Shown: positions 17,039 through 26,532, counted from the first letter of the stretch. The stretch: 64,000 nt of DNA from Cyclobacteriaceae bacterium (GCA_039970095.1 JBDVMP010000018.1:3492-67491), one strand, 5' to 3'. Translations and numbers: made by a program. Notes: generated by a model not told the origin, from the letters alone.

Positions 17039-17458
17039 CTAAGACAAGACCCTCGTTTTCAATCGGCTTTGAGCGGCGATTACTTTTAGTTCTTCGGTTG
17101 TACGCATACAAAATGGGAGACTCAATAGGTCGCTAAAGTCTTCACCGCATTCCAGCATGTCTTCATCATACTCATCGTAATACCAGTTTACCCGAATCTT
17201 AGTGCCGGATTTTTCGAAGGTCTTCACCTTTTTGAGAATTTCATAAATACACTTCGCACTAGATGTATTGAACATACTGAAACACATATTTACAACCAGA
17301 TGTTTCGGCGTAGACGGACAGTTTGTGAGGTTGTCCATAATCGGTTTGTAGAAGGAAATGCTATGATCGGGAGAGGATAAACCCTTGATGTCTAAACGAC
17401 CCCTGTCCAGATCTAACCTGACTAATGGGGTTTTGTTGGTTGGTTTGATTAATAGCAT
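17039..17458 (-). CDS. SiaC-family (DUF1987) regulatory phosphoprotein
   Basis: KPTNKTP, KGLSSP, FYKPI, FNTSSAK (Thr65), VNWYYDEYDEDMLECGEDFS. Confidence 0.85.
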   Translation of the reverse strand: MLLIKPTNKTPLVRLDLDRGRLDIKGLSSPDHSISFYKPIMDNLTNCPSTPKHLVVNMCFSMFNTSSAKCIYEILKKVKTFEKSGTKIRVNWYYDEYDEDMLECGEDFSDLLSLPFCMRTTEELKVIAAQSRLKTRVLS

Positions 17459-17569
17459 ATAGGTTGAAAATATAGGTGACCATGATAAGGCTTCTTGACG
17501 CCAACTACTAGCATTATTCGTTTAAGGGACTTATCAAATCGACCAAATAGAACATAAATAGTTTTCTGG

Positions 17570-20095
17570 CTATTCCTCTATGTTGATGTGATTGGCCTCT
17601 TTGGTAATGTCTCTTGAGATACCGAATGTACCAATGATTTTGCCGTCAGTATCTTTGAGAGGCATTTTGGTGGTGGAGACAGTTTTTACTGACCCATCTG
17701 GTTGATCTACTTTCTCAACCAAATTCATTAATGGCTCGCCTGTATTGATAATTCTTTGCTCGTCTTCATAGGCTTTTTGTGCATGGTCGCTGTAGAAGTC
17801 AAAGTCGGACTTACCGATCATTTCTTCCAAGTTCTCAACGAGATGTCCGTAAGACTTGCTCACTCGGGTAAACTTGCTGTCTTTATCCTTGAAATAGATG
17901 TAGTCCGGCATATTGTTGAGAAGAGCGTCGAGATAACTTTTTTCCTTTTCGAACATCATTTGGTTCATTTTCAGGTCTGTGATGTCTCGAGATATTCCGA
18001 AGGTACCAATGATGTTTCCATCTACGTCTTTGAGAGGCATTTTAGTGGTGGACAGGTATTTAATCTCACCATTTTTGAGATCCGCTTTTTGCACGATGTT
18101 GATCAGAGGCTTATTGGTGCGGATTATTTGTTGTTCTTCTTCATAAGCTACACGAGCATGCTGTCCATGGAAGTCAAAATCAGATTTTCCTAAAATCTCA
18201 TTTTGGTGGTCCATTCCAAAACGCGTAATGTGAGATTGGCTGTTTCTGATAAACTTACTGTCTTTGTCTTTGAAGTAGATAAAATCAGGGCTGTTGTCCA
18301 GCAGAGCGTCCAGTAGGCTTTTCTCCTTTTCGTAAGCTTCGCGCATTTGAAACAGTGCGTTGTTTTGTTGGCTTTGTCCGGAGAGTCTAACCATGCTGAT
18401 CCCTTCGCTGAATTTTTCTGCCACTTCGGCCAGACTTTGGGCCTTTTCATTATAGCTGCCCATTCCGGACGACAACTCTGAAGCAGAGCTGGCCACTTCT
18501 TCTGTGCCAGCAGCGGTTTGCTCGGCAATGACCACAACACTTTCGGTGATGGTCACCACGTTGTTGATGCTGCTAATCTGGTTTTGTGCCGAAGTGAGTA
18601 TGTCTTCAGAGAAGCTTAATGTATTATTAGAAGAATTTAGAATTTCTTTGAAAGACGTTGAGGCGGTCTGAGATGTTTCTTCTCCTCCTTTGACGACCTT
18701 TTTCATTTGCTCCATTACTTTCACAGCGTCTTCAGTATCTGCATGTACACTGTTAACGAGTTTTTCAATTTCCTTTGCCGACTTTCTGGAGTCTTCGGCC
18801 AGCTTTCTTATTTCCTCTGCTACTACGGCAAAACCTCGTCCAGAATCTCCTGCTTGCGCTGCTTCAATGGCTGCATTGAGGGCTAAAAGGTTTGTTTGCG
18901 CCGCTATTTCCGTTATCACACTGAGCGCACTTGATATTTCGCTGCTTCGCTCATTTAGCACTTGCATGGAGGAGTCCGTTTTGTTACTAAACTCGGAAAT
19001 TTCCTTCATGCTGTTGACCACATTATCTATTAGGTTCATGCCGTTTTCGCTGCTTTTAGCTCCGGTTTTGGCAGCTTCATTGATGGCTTCAGACTTGATG
19101 ACCATCTTTTTGGAGTCTTCCAGAATCCTTTCCATAAGTGCGGAGGATTCATCAACTTTTGAGACTTGGTTTTGTGCTCCATTGCTCATCTGAGCAATGG
19201 CAGAAGCGATCTCATTGGTGTTGGCGTTCATCTCTTCGCCGGTTACTTTCATTTCAGTAGCAGACTCGTCGATGACCTTCACATTTTCAGAGATCTGATG
19301 AAGAAGGCCGTCAAGGTTGTCTAAAGCCAGGTTAAGGTTGGTAGCCATGGTTTTTATTTCTCCCTTAGCTTCTTCTTTGTAGCGTAGCGTTAAATCACCA
19401 GAAGACATGGCTTTTACTATTTTGTTGATTGCTGCAAATGGAGTAGCAATACTTTCAAGCAGCTGATTTACGTTTGACGAAAGTCTCAGCCATACGCCCT
19501 CTTTGCCGGATAGCCCGATACGTTCATTAAAGTGACCATCTTCCCCGGCACTTTTTACCACTTCATTGGTTTCACCCACCATCATTTTTAAGTTTTGGCG
19601 CATGCTGATCAAAGAGTTTCCGAGTAAATCGTTTTCTCCTTTGGTATGGTACTCAGTGTCAAGGTTACCTTGAGAAATATCCTGCGCGAAAGAAGCAGCC
19701 TGCTTAACAGCCTCCAACAGGCTATTCATAGCCACAGATAACAACCCGACCTCATCTTGCCGCTTGATCAAATCCTCTGGAATGTTACTTACTTCTCCAG
19801 AGGTCAGAAGGCTCACTCGTTTGGATATTCGGTGGATCGGTATGCTGAGTATGATGAAGCAATACCTGAAATATGCCGATGTAACAAGGCAGCCTAGAGG
19901 TAAAACCCAGGCTAAATGTATAAGTCCTTTTTCAGCCACAAAATATCCAAAAACGGACATCATGATAAGAAGTACGATCAGTGGCCATGACAGCTTAAAT
20001 AGTAGCGTTTTTTTGAACAATAGCCTTACCGACATGAAACTTAGCGGTGCGGCAATTAAAAGAAGGATTAGGGTAAAAATTGAAAAATCACTCAT
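17570..20095 (-). CDS. Methyl-accepting chemotaxis protein: ~3 TM, no periplasmic sensor, multiple HAMP, signalling domain, two C-terminal PAS domains
   Basis: [34 protein letters not shown]; two PAS repeats [13 protein letters not shown] / [13 protein letters not shown]...[23 protein letters not shown] after the hairpin. Confidence 0.93.
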   Translation of the reverse strand: MSDFSIFTLILLLIAAPLSFMSVRLLFKKTLLFKLSWPLIVLLIMMSVFGYFVAEKGLIHLAWVLPLGCLVTSAYFRYCFIILSIPIHRISKRVSLLTSGEVSNIPEDLIKRQDEVGLLSVAMNSLLEAVKQAASFAQDISQGNLDTEYHTKGENDLLGNSLISMRQNLKMMVGETNEVVKSAGEDGHFNERIGLSGKEGVWLRLSSNVNQLLESIATPFAAINKIVKAMSSGDLTLRYKEEAKGEIKTMATNLNLALDNLDGLLHQISENVKVIDESATEMKVTGEEMNANTNEIASAIAQMSNGAQNQVSKVDESSALMERILEDSKKMVIKSEAINEAAKTGAKSSENGMNLIDNVVNSMKEISEFSNKTDSSMQVLNERSSEISSALSVITEIAAQTNLLALNAAIEAAQAGDSGRGFAVVAEEIRKLAEDSRKSAKEIEKLVNSVHADTEDAVKVMEQMKKVVKGGEETSQTASTSFKEILNSSNNTLSFSEDILTSAQNQISSINNVVTITESVVVIAEQTAAGTEEVASSASELSSGMGSYNEKAQSLAEVAEKFSEGISMVRLSGQSQQNNALFQMREAYEKEKSLLDALLDNSPDFIYFKDKDSKFIRNSQSHITRFGMDHQNEILGKSDFDFHGQHARVAYEEEQQIIRTNKPLINIVQKADLKNGEIKYLSTTKMPLKDVDGNIIGTFGISRDITDLKMNQMMFEKEKSYLDALLNNMPDYIYFKDKDSKFTRVSKSYGHLVENLEEMIGKSDFDFYSDHAQKAYEDEQRIINTGEPLMNLVEKVDQPDGSVKTVSTTKMPLKDTDGKIIGTFGISRDITKEANHINIEE

Positions 20096-20141
20096 TGCTG
20101 GTTGTTATTTGGGTTTGCTGGTTATGGGGTTGGAAAGTTTG

Positions 20142-20669
20142 TTAAATCATTTTTAATATATCAACTAAAAAGATCATTTGATCTTCGTGTTTGGCAATTC
20201 CGACAATGAACTCATCGTCTTCAGTTAAGTTTTGTAAGACGGAGGCAGACTTGTTGATACTGGGTTCTTCAATCATGACTGTTTTGGGCACTGTTTTAAC
20301 TAAAATTCCGGCTTGAAATTCTTCACTGTTGATTACCAGAACGAAAGCCGTGTGGTTTGGAGTTTTTGCTGGTGAAGTGGATACTCTGGATTCAGCGTCC
20401 ACGATGCTAATCACAGAGCCTCGCACATTCGTCACACCCAAAATGTAATCTTGTGTTTGGGGAATGGGAGAAATATCCGGGGCGTTTACTACTTCTTTCA
20501 CGTCATGGATGGGTGCTCCGTATTGCTGATCGCCCAGCTGGAATACCACGATGGCTTCCTTTTTTATCGTGTCCTGCGTGCCGTGAACCAGTTGGGTTTT
20601 TTCGGCATGATCAACCCAGCTTTTTCCTTCAGGTATCAATGAATTTGTATTTTGGGAAGGTTTACTCAC
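20142..20669 (-). CDS. cheW: CheW coupling protein
   Basis: GTG start; IVVFQLGDQQYG, VKEVV, ISPIPQTQDYILGVTNVRGSVI; between the two MCP genes. Confidence 0.93.
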   Translation of the reverse strand: MSKPSQNTNSLIPEGKSWVDHAEKTQLVHGTQDTIKKEAIVVFQLGDQQYGAPIHDVKEVVNAPDISPIPQTQDYILGVTNVRGSVISIVDAESRVSTSPAKTPNHTAFVLVINSEEFQAGILVKTVPKTVMIEEPSINKSASVLQNLTEDDEFIVGIAKHEDQMIFLVDILKMI

Positions 20670-20676
20670 GTAAGTT

Positions 20677-23184
20677 TTAACTTAATCTAAACTTGCTTAT
20701 TCTCTCATTCAAACCTACTGCGACCTGAGATAGGTCTGCTGTCTTCTCATTGTAGTTGTCCATACCGGCCGAAAGCTCGGTGGCAGAACTTGCAATTTCC
20801 TCAGTGCCCGCAGCAGTTTGCTCAGCTATTACCACCACAGATTCGGTGATGGTCACTACGTGTTTGATAGCATCTATTTGCTGGAGCACATGGTTTCTGA
20901 TTTCGTCTGATACGTTGAGATTGGCATTGGCCGACTCATATATTTCGTTGAATGCATCCGAAGCATGTTTTGTGGCATCCTCCCCACTTTGTACACTGGC
21001 CTTCATCATTTCTATGGCTGTACTGGCACTGGATACATCCTTCTTCACGTCCAGAATAAGCTTTTCTATTTCTTTCGCCGATTTGCGAGAGTCCTCGGCC
21101 AGCTTGCGAATTTCCTCAGCCACCACTGCAAAGCCACGTCCTGCATCCCCAGCCTGGGCGGCTTCTATGGCGGCATTGAGTGCCAGTAAGTTTGTTTGAG
21201 CTGCAATTTCGGTTATGACCGAAAGGACACTGGAGATCTCATTCGAACGATCCGTTAGGACCTGAATGGAGTTGTAAGTTTCGCCCGAAAAAGCAGAAAT
21301 ATCACGCATGCTAAACCCTGCCTTTTTTACCAACTTCAGCCCTTTGTCGCTGTTGTCGGAGACCTCCTGGGCTACACTTTTGATTTTATCGGCCTGATCT
21401 CCCATCTTGTTTGAGGACCTGAGGATTCCTTCTACCAGGTTGGAAGACTCATCTACTTTTGTCACCTGATTTTGTGCTCCACGGCTCATTTCTGAAATAG
21501 AAGAGGCAATTTCACGGGTGTTGAGAGTCATCTCTTCATTTACACCGAGCATTTCCACAGCAGAATCAGCCACACGCTTGGATCCTGCCAAAATTCCCTT
21601 GATCAGGTCGCTGATGTTATCAAGGGCGGAATTTAGGTTGTTGGAGAGTACCTGTATATCTCCTTGTACATTGCTGCTAAACCTTACGGTGAGGTCCCCA
21701 TCAGCCATGGCGTTTACCACATGGTTTATTTCTTTGAATGGGTTTGCCAGAGAGTCGAGAAGCGAGTTTATCGAATCGCTAAGCTCTTTCCACGCACCAT
21801 TTTCCCAGTCAGTCTCAATCCGCGCGGTGCTTAGTTCGCCGGATTCTCCTGCTCTTTTCACCACAGTGTTGGTTTCACTGATAACTGTCTCCAGGTTTTC
21901 GCGCATGCGCAAAAGTGCATACCCCAGCATATCCCGATCGCTCGATACTTCAAAAGATTCTGACAGGTTGCCTAGACCAATCTGATGTGCAAAGTTTGAC
22001 TTATATATCAACTGATCCATTAGGTGATTTGCGGAAGTTGCCAGCTGACCGATTTCGTCTGAGGACTTGAAGTCCAGCCTGTTTTCCACATCTAAATCTC
22101 CCGTTGACAGCCGTTGTAGCATTTCGCTTGATTGATCCAATGATCTGGCGATGGAGGTAGCAATTTTGTAGGTAATGATAATGAGTATTATCAGCCCGAT
22201 CAGTCCCACAGCAATAGTTGCAAAGAATGTTCTGGCGATGGGGCCGGTTATTTCCTTGATGGGGATTTCCAAACCGGCAGACCATGGGGATTTCGAATAT
22301 CCAATTTCTATAGGAGCAAAAGCGATCATCACCTCTTCCTTGCCAAAACCAGCGTTATTTGCAGTAAAAGACGTTGTTTCTCCGTTAGCGATGATTGACT
22401 TTAAGTCAAAACCCAGACTTTGATAAAACGGCAATGAATCCAATGGCTGGTTGGCATATTTAAGGTTTTCGTGGGTAATTACGGTTCCTTTGTTTGAAAC
22501 AAGGAAAGCAAAGCCTCTATCGAAAAAGTCTATCTCAGACATTGATTCAAAGTCATCCAAAAACATGTCTGTTCCGATCAGTCCGGCAAATTTTCCATCT
22601 AGCATGATGGGGGCTTCCGGAGAAACACCCAGCAACAATTCGTCTGATTTTCCTCCATAGGCAGCAAATTTGTAGGGCTCGCCAATGATTTCTTGCGGGT
22701 TTTGTTTGATGTAGGAATACAGCCCCGTTTCAGGGTCGCCGTTCAGGTTATCCAGACGAATGTGCTCCTGAACATCACCATCATCGAGGTAATAGGTGGC
22801 CCTTTCACGACCGAAGGGTTTGTCCCACTCCGGGTCTATGGACCAGAGCTCGTAACTCATCCAGGCGGCCTCATATTTGGGGTTTGATTTGAGGGCGCCA
22901 ATCATGATTTGTTTTCTAACTTCAGTTCTTTGGTCTGCGGGAAGAGAAAGCGCGGCTTCCATGGCTGTGGCCATAGACCGAGTCACGGCAATGTCTTCAC
23001 TCAAAATCCTGGAGATTTCATTTGCCTTCTGGCTTGCAGCTGTATTTACCAGCTTCCACCCCTCTTCTATCGCCTGATTTCGCAGGCTCAGTGTGATATA
23101 GCCCAGCGTAAACACGTACGTCAGTATCATGGTGCCTATGATAAACACCATCATTTTTTTTCGAATGCTAAAATTCAAGTTCAT
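20677..23184 (-). CDS. Methyl-accepting chemotaxis protein with periplasmic dCache domain and multiple HAMP
   Basis: TM1, ~290-aa periplasmic region ([26 protein letters not shown]), TM2, HAMPs, [29 protein letters not shown]. Confidence 0.94.
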   Translation of the reverse strand: MNLNFSIRKKMMVFIIGTMILTYVFTLGYITLSLRNQAIEEGWKLVNTAASQKANEISRILSEDIAVTRSMATAMEAALSLPADQRTEVRKQIMIGALKSNPKYEAAWMSYELWSIDPEWDKPFGRERATYYLDDGDVQEHIRLDNLNGDPETGLYSYIKQNPQEIIGEPYKFAAYGGKSDELLLGVSPEAPIMLDGKFAGLIGTDMFLDDFESMSEIDFFDRGFAFLVSNKGTVITHENLKYANQPLDSLPFYQSLGFDLKSIIANGETTSFTANNAGFGKEEVMIAFAPIEIGYSKSPWSAGLEIPIKEITGPIARTFFATIAVGLIGLIILIIITYKIATSIARSLDQSSEMLQRLSTGDLDVENRLDFKSSDEIGQLATSANHLMDQLIYKSNFAHQIGLGNLSESFEVSSDRDMLGYALLRMRENLETVISETNTVVKRAGESGELSTARIETDWENGAWKELSDSINSLLDSLANPFKEINHVVNAMADGDLTVRFSSNVQGDIQVLSNNLNSALDNISDLIKGILAGSKRVADSAVEMLGVNEEMTLNTREIASSISEMSRGAQNQVTKVDESSNLVEGILRSSNKMGDQADKIKSVAQEVSDNSDKGLKLVKKAGFSMRDISAFSGETYNSIQVLTDRSNEISSVLSVITEIAAQTNLLALNAAIEAAQAGDAGRGFAVVAEEIRKLAEDSRKSAKEIEKLILDVKKDVSSASTAIEMMKASVQSGEDATKHASDAFNEIYESANANLNVSDEIRNHVLQQIDAIKHVVTITESVVVIAEQTAAGTEEIASSATELSAGMDNYNEKTADLSQVAVGLNERISKFRLS

Positions 23185-23344
23185 TGCTAGTTAGGTTGGT
23201 GCGGTGATGGTCTCTAAGCGAAACAGCTATTAAAGAAAGTTATTTTGGATGAGAAAACCTCCTTATTTCGATAACTCGGGAAATTTCTATGATGAGTGAG
23301 CAGAGCACAGGGAAACCGAAAAGCAAGTCGGTAATTTTCCAGAA

Positions 23345-23740
23345 CTAAACAGCCTTTGAGCGGAGCAGTAGTTTTTCTATAAATGCGGAATTGAGTTTTA
23401 TCCCTTCTTCAAAAGAAATGAATTTTCCTTCTGATTGGAGTATGAGGTCAGGCTTGGTTTCTATACGCAGCGAACGAAATGCAATGGGCCAGGCGTAGGA
23501 TTCCAACTTATACCTAAAATGGATTATGATCCCTTTCGGTCGTAGTTCAATGTTGGCATACGTTTTATAATGAGCAGCTTTGAGGTATTCCTGAAATTCA
23601 TCGCTGATCGCTGCTATGGGCATGCGTTTTGAGCCAATACCGCCCATTTTTAGTCTTTCCAAAAGCGAATAAGGCTCTCCTACAAGTTGGTCTATTTGAA
23701 GGGTAACTTCTCTGCTGGTATATGTCGTTTCGAGAATCAC
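23345..23740 (-). CDS. Conserved hypothetical protein
   Basis: 131-aa ORF (GGIGSKRM, NIELRPKGIIIHF); tightly packed with neighbours. Confidence 0.7.
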   Translation of the reverse strand: MILETTYTSREVTLQIDQLVGEPYSLLERLKMGGIGSKRMPIAAISDEFQEYLKAAHYKTYANIELRPKGIIIHFRYKLESYAWPIAFRSLRIETKPDLILQSEGKFISFEEGIKLNSAFIEKLLLRSKAV

Positions 23741-23743
23741 GGG

Positions 23744-24001
23744 TTATTCTATGATTTCAGGTTGAGCATTTACAGCTCCCCGGTAGCCCAGGTACCCGCC
23801 AAAAGCAGCACCGGCAATGGCCAAAAGGTAAGCGCCAAATGGATTTGGAAAAAGCTGCATTCCGATGTACAGTCCCACTATTTCCATACTGATCCAAAGC
23901 AGCACCATGTTTATAATGTACCTTGTTGGTCTCAGCCCTTTTTCCAGAACGATGTTTTTGATGGTTCTCCCAAGAGAGATCATTGCAATTATTTCAAGCA
24001 T
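23744..24001 (-). CDS. Small hypothetical membrane protein (2 TM)
   Basis: 85-aa hydrophobic ORF, 3-10 nt from neighbours on the same strand. Confidence 0.65.
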   Translation of the reverse strand: MLEIIAMISLGRTIKNIVLEKGLRPTRYIINMVLLWISMEIVGLYIGMQLFPNPFGAYLLAIAGAAFGGYLGYRGAVNAQPEIIE

Positions 24002-24011
24002 AGATGAAGTT

Positions 24012-24839
24012 CTATTTCAGTTTTCCCAGGATCAAATTTCGGCTATTGATACCAAAGTGATGCTCTAGTTTGGATAAAAACTCGTCTTCATTGAGAATCG
24101 GTTTTTCCTCTGTATCTCCTTTCAGATCAAATCTGATTTTGCGATCTGTGAGGGTGATCCTTCCGTTTCTGAATAGCTGGGTGATCAGTTTTTTTTGTGT
24201 GAAGTGAGACTTTTCCGATTCTTGATGATAGTTGCACATAGGCAGGAACTCGATAAACTCGCGCCGCTTCAGGTCAAACTTATACACTGACTCGTAAACG
24301 GAGTTATCAAGGGATTTTTTCAACACATATCTGTCATCAGGATCCACTTCAAATTTGAAGTAAGTATTGTAATCAAGCAGTGGGGTGTTTAAAGTTAGCG
24401 GCTTGGGCTCCACAAAAAGCTTTCCAAAGCCCACATCCAACAACCACGCTTTATCGCTTACTTTGGCCACCACTGCCATGTGGTCAAAGTCTGGTCCCCA
24501 ACTATTATTTTCACCTTTTACGTTGGCCGAAATAAGAAAACACTCAAAACCTAAATGACTTAGTAAATGATAAAGCAGGGCATTTAGCTCATAACAAAAA
24601 CCCCCTCTTCTTTGGTGCACTACCTTCTCGAATATTAAATCTATGTCCATCAGGATTTTTGGTCCGTAATGAATGTCGAGGTTTTCGAAGGGAATAGAGA
24701 GAAGGTGGGCTTTGTGGATTTTCTTTAAAAAAGCGAGAGATGGTTCTTCTTTTGTCAGGCCGATCCTCTTTAAGTATGGCTCTACGGCTATAGGTTTGGC
24801 TTTGGATCGGGTCTGAAAATAATTGAGTTGTCGAGACAT
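24012..24839 (-). CDS. Arylamine N-acetyltransferase
   Basis: IPFENLDI, RRGGFCYELN (Cys), DHMAVV (His), LLDVGFG (Asp) catalytic triad. Confidence 0.93.
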   Translation of the reverse strand: MSRQLNYFQTRSKAKPIAVEPYLKRIGLTKEEPSLAFLKKIHKAHLLSIPFENLDIHYGPKILMDIDLIFEKVVHQRRGGFCYELNALLYHLLSHLGFECFLISANVKGENNSWGPDFDHMAVVAKVSDKAWLLDVGFGKLFVEPKPLTLNTPLLDYNTYFKFEVDPDDRYVLKKSLDNSVYESVYKFDLKRREFIEFLPMCNYHQESEKSHFTQKKLITQLFRNGRITLTDRKIRFDLKGDTEEKPILNEDEFLSKLEHHFGINSRNLILGKLK

Positions 24840-24845
24840 GTGAGT

Positions 24846-25907
24846 CTATTTGACATTAAAATCGAACTTAATGTTTTCTATAAAGTTTACCAGTGCCTTT
24901 TGCCATGTTGCGTCAGCGTCCCACCTGCTTCCCACGTGCACATCCATCACGATCGTTTGTTTGATATAAAACTTTGCCATATTTCCATTTGCGGGAATTC
25001 GCTTGAGCACAGGTTTTTCACCCTTTTTAGATATTTCTGAAATATACACAGTCTCGGAGGGTGCCGTTGGGTAGTTGAGCATCTGCTTGATGGTGCGCCC
25101 CGAGCTTATCAGCGGCATGAGCGCATACTGATATCCTGTTTTGTAGAGGTCTTCTATGCTGGTGAAGTTTACCAGTTCATACTGAAAAGGGTATTGCTGC
25201 ATGATGCTGTCCAGCTGCCTATTTGCAGCAGCGACTTCAGCATTTTTTTGGCGCAGCTTTTCTATATCCCTTTCGGACAAACCATCATTGATCTTCACAG
25301 AATCAAACTTAATAACGGCAATCCCGAGGCTTTTCAGTCTGCTTGGCACATTGACATATCGGGTGCCAGTATATAGGTTCAAATCATCCAAAAACTCCGG
25401 CTGATCCGGGATAAGGAAATTGGTTCTTGGTATTTCCTGTCGTAAAACCTGCCTCCCAAGTATGAGCATCAACTCTCGAAGAGAGGCAGAAGAAATACTG
25501 TAATATGGGTTGTTAAGGTCAAGCTTTTCTTTGATGGGGTAAATGCCTATTTCAAACATGGGGTTACTTTCATCACCGGAGTGTGAGAGCGAAAGGATGT
25601 TGGAGATATCCCTTTTTTCCAGCAGGTCTTTATAAGCTTTGGTTACCTCAGGTCCGGCTTTGAGGTCGTCTTCATAAATGTAAATGATGCCATCCACACC
25701 TATTTTTTTGAAGCTCTTATGTGCATCTAGCGCAAACTTTTTCCAGTCTCCTCTGACCGAATATCCGTTTTGATACATTTCAGGTATGGAAACAACTACA
25801 GCACACCGTGTAGAGGTGAGGTTGTCAGGCACCTGAGCGACCGCCTGCAGCCCTGAGCAGATGCAAAAAAGTATTAGAAGAAAGTTGAGAGTGTTGTTTT
25901 TGCGCAT
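24846..25907 (-). CDS. Hypothetical exported protein
   Basis: Signal peptide MRKNNTLNFLLILFCICSGLQAVA|Q from ATG 25907 (track start 25916 is TTG); no family recognised. Confidence 0.65.
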   Translation of the reverse strand: MRKNNTLNFLLILFCICSGLQAVAQVPDNLTSTRCAVVVSIPEMYQNGYSVRGDWKKFALDAHKSFKKIGVDGIIYIYEDDLKAGPEVTKAYKDLLEKRDISNILSLSHSGDESNPMFEIGIYPIKEKLDLNNPYYSISSASLRELMLILGRQVLRQEIPRTNFLIPDQPEFLDDLNLYTGTRYVNVPSRLKSLGIAVIKFDSVKINDGLSERDIEKLRQKNAEVAAANRQLDSIMQQYPFQYELVNFTSIEDLYKTGYQYALMPLISSGRTIKQMLNYPTAPSETVYISEISKKGEKPVLKRIPANGNMAKFYIKQTIVMDVHVGSRWDADATWQKALVNFIENIKFDFNVK

Positions 25908-25965
25908 GTTGATCAAACCAGCGATAAATTTATATATTAACCCCTAAAGCACAAGACTATTATTT

Positions 25966-26532
25966 ATGGACATGAAAAGATGCGACTGGGCCTTCGGTAT
26001 GTTTGATGATTATGTGAAATACCATGATGAGGAGTGGGGTGTGCCCGTTCATGATGATCATAAGCATTTTGAGTTTTTGGTATTAGAGAGCGCCCAAGCG
26101 GGACTTAGCTGGAGTACCATATTGAAAAAAAGAGCGGGATATAGAAATGCATTTGCAGGTTTTGATGTGAGAAAAGTGGCTGCTTTTGGCGAGGAAGAGG
26201 TGGAGGTGCTCTTGCAAGATTCGGGCATTATCAGAAACAAAATGAAAATTACGGCTACTATCAACAATGCTCAGAAGTTTATAGAAGTACAAAAAGAGTT
26301 TGGATCATTTGACAAATACATTTGGTCGTTTACAGGCGGAAAACCCATAGTTAATCACTGGAAACACAGAAATGATGTGCCCGTGACCACAAAGGAATCA
26401 GACGCTTTGGCCAAAGACCTTAAAAAGAGAGGGTTCAAGTTTGTTGGTTCAACAACCATGTATGCTCACATGCAAGCCATCGGTCTGGTCAATGACCACA
26501 CCACCGACTGCTTTAGGCATGGGCAAGTTTGA
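25966..26532 (+). CDS. tag: DNA-3-methyladenine glycosylase I
   Basis: RCDWA, YHDEEWG, LESAQAGLSW, IIRNKMKI, FKFVGST, GLVNDHTTDCF. Confidence 0.97.
   Translation: MDMKRCDWAFGMFDDYVKYHDEEWGVPVHDDHKHFEFLVLESAQAGLSWSTILKKRAGYRNAFAGFDVRKVAAFGEEEVEVLLQDSGIIRNKMKITATINNAQKFIEVQKEFGSFDKYIWSFTGGKPIVNHWKHRNDVPVTTKESDALAKDLKKRGFKFVGSTTMYAHMQAIGLVNDHTTDCFRHGQV

Noticed and set aside
26513-26532. 20-nt convergent overlap of tag and the desaturase
   Set aside because: Short 3' overlaps of convergent genes are common; no further evidence of regulation
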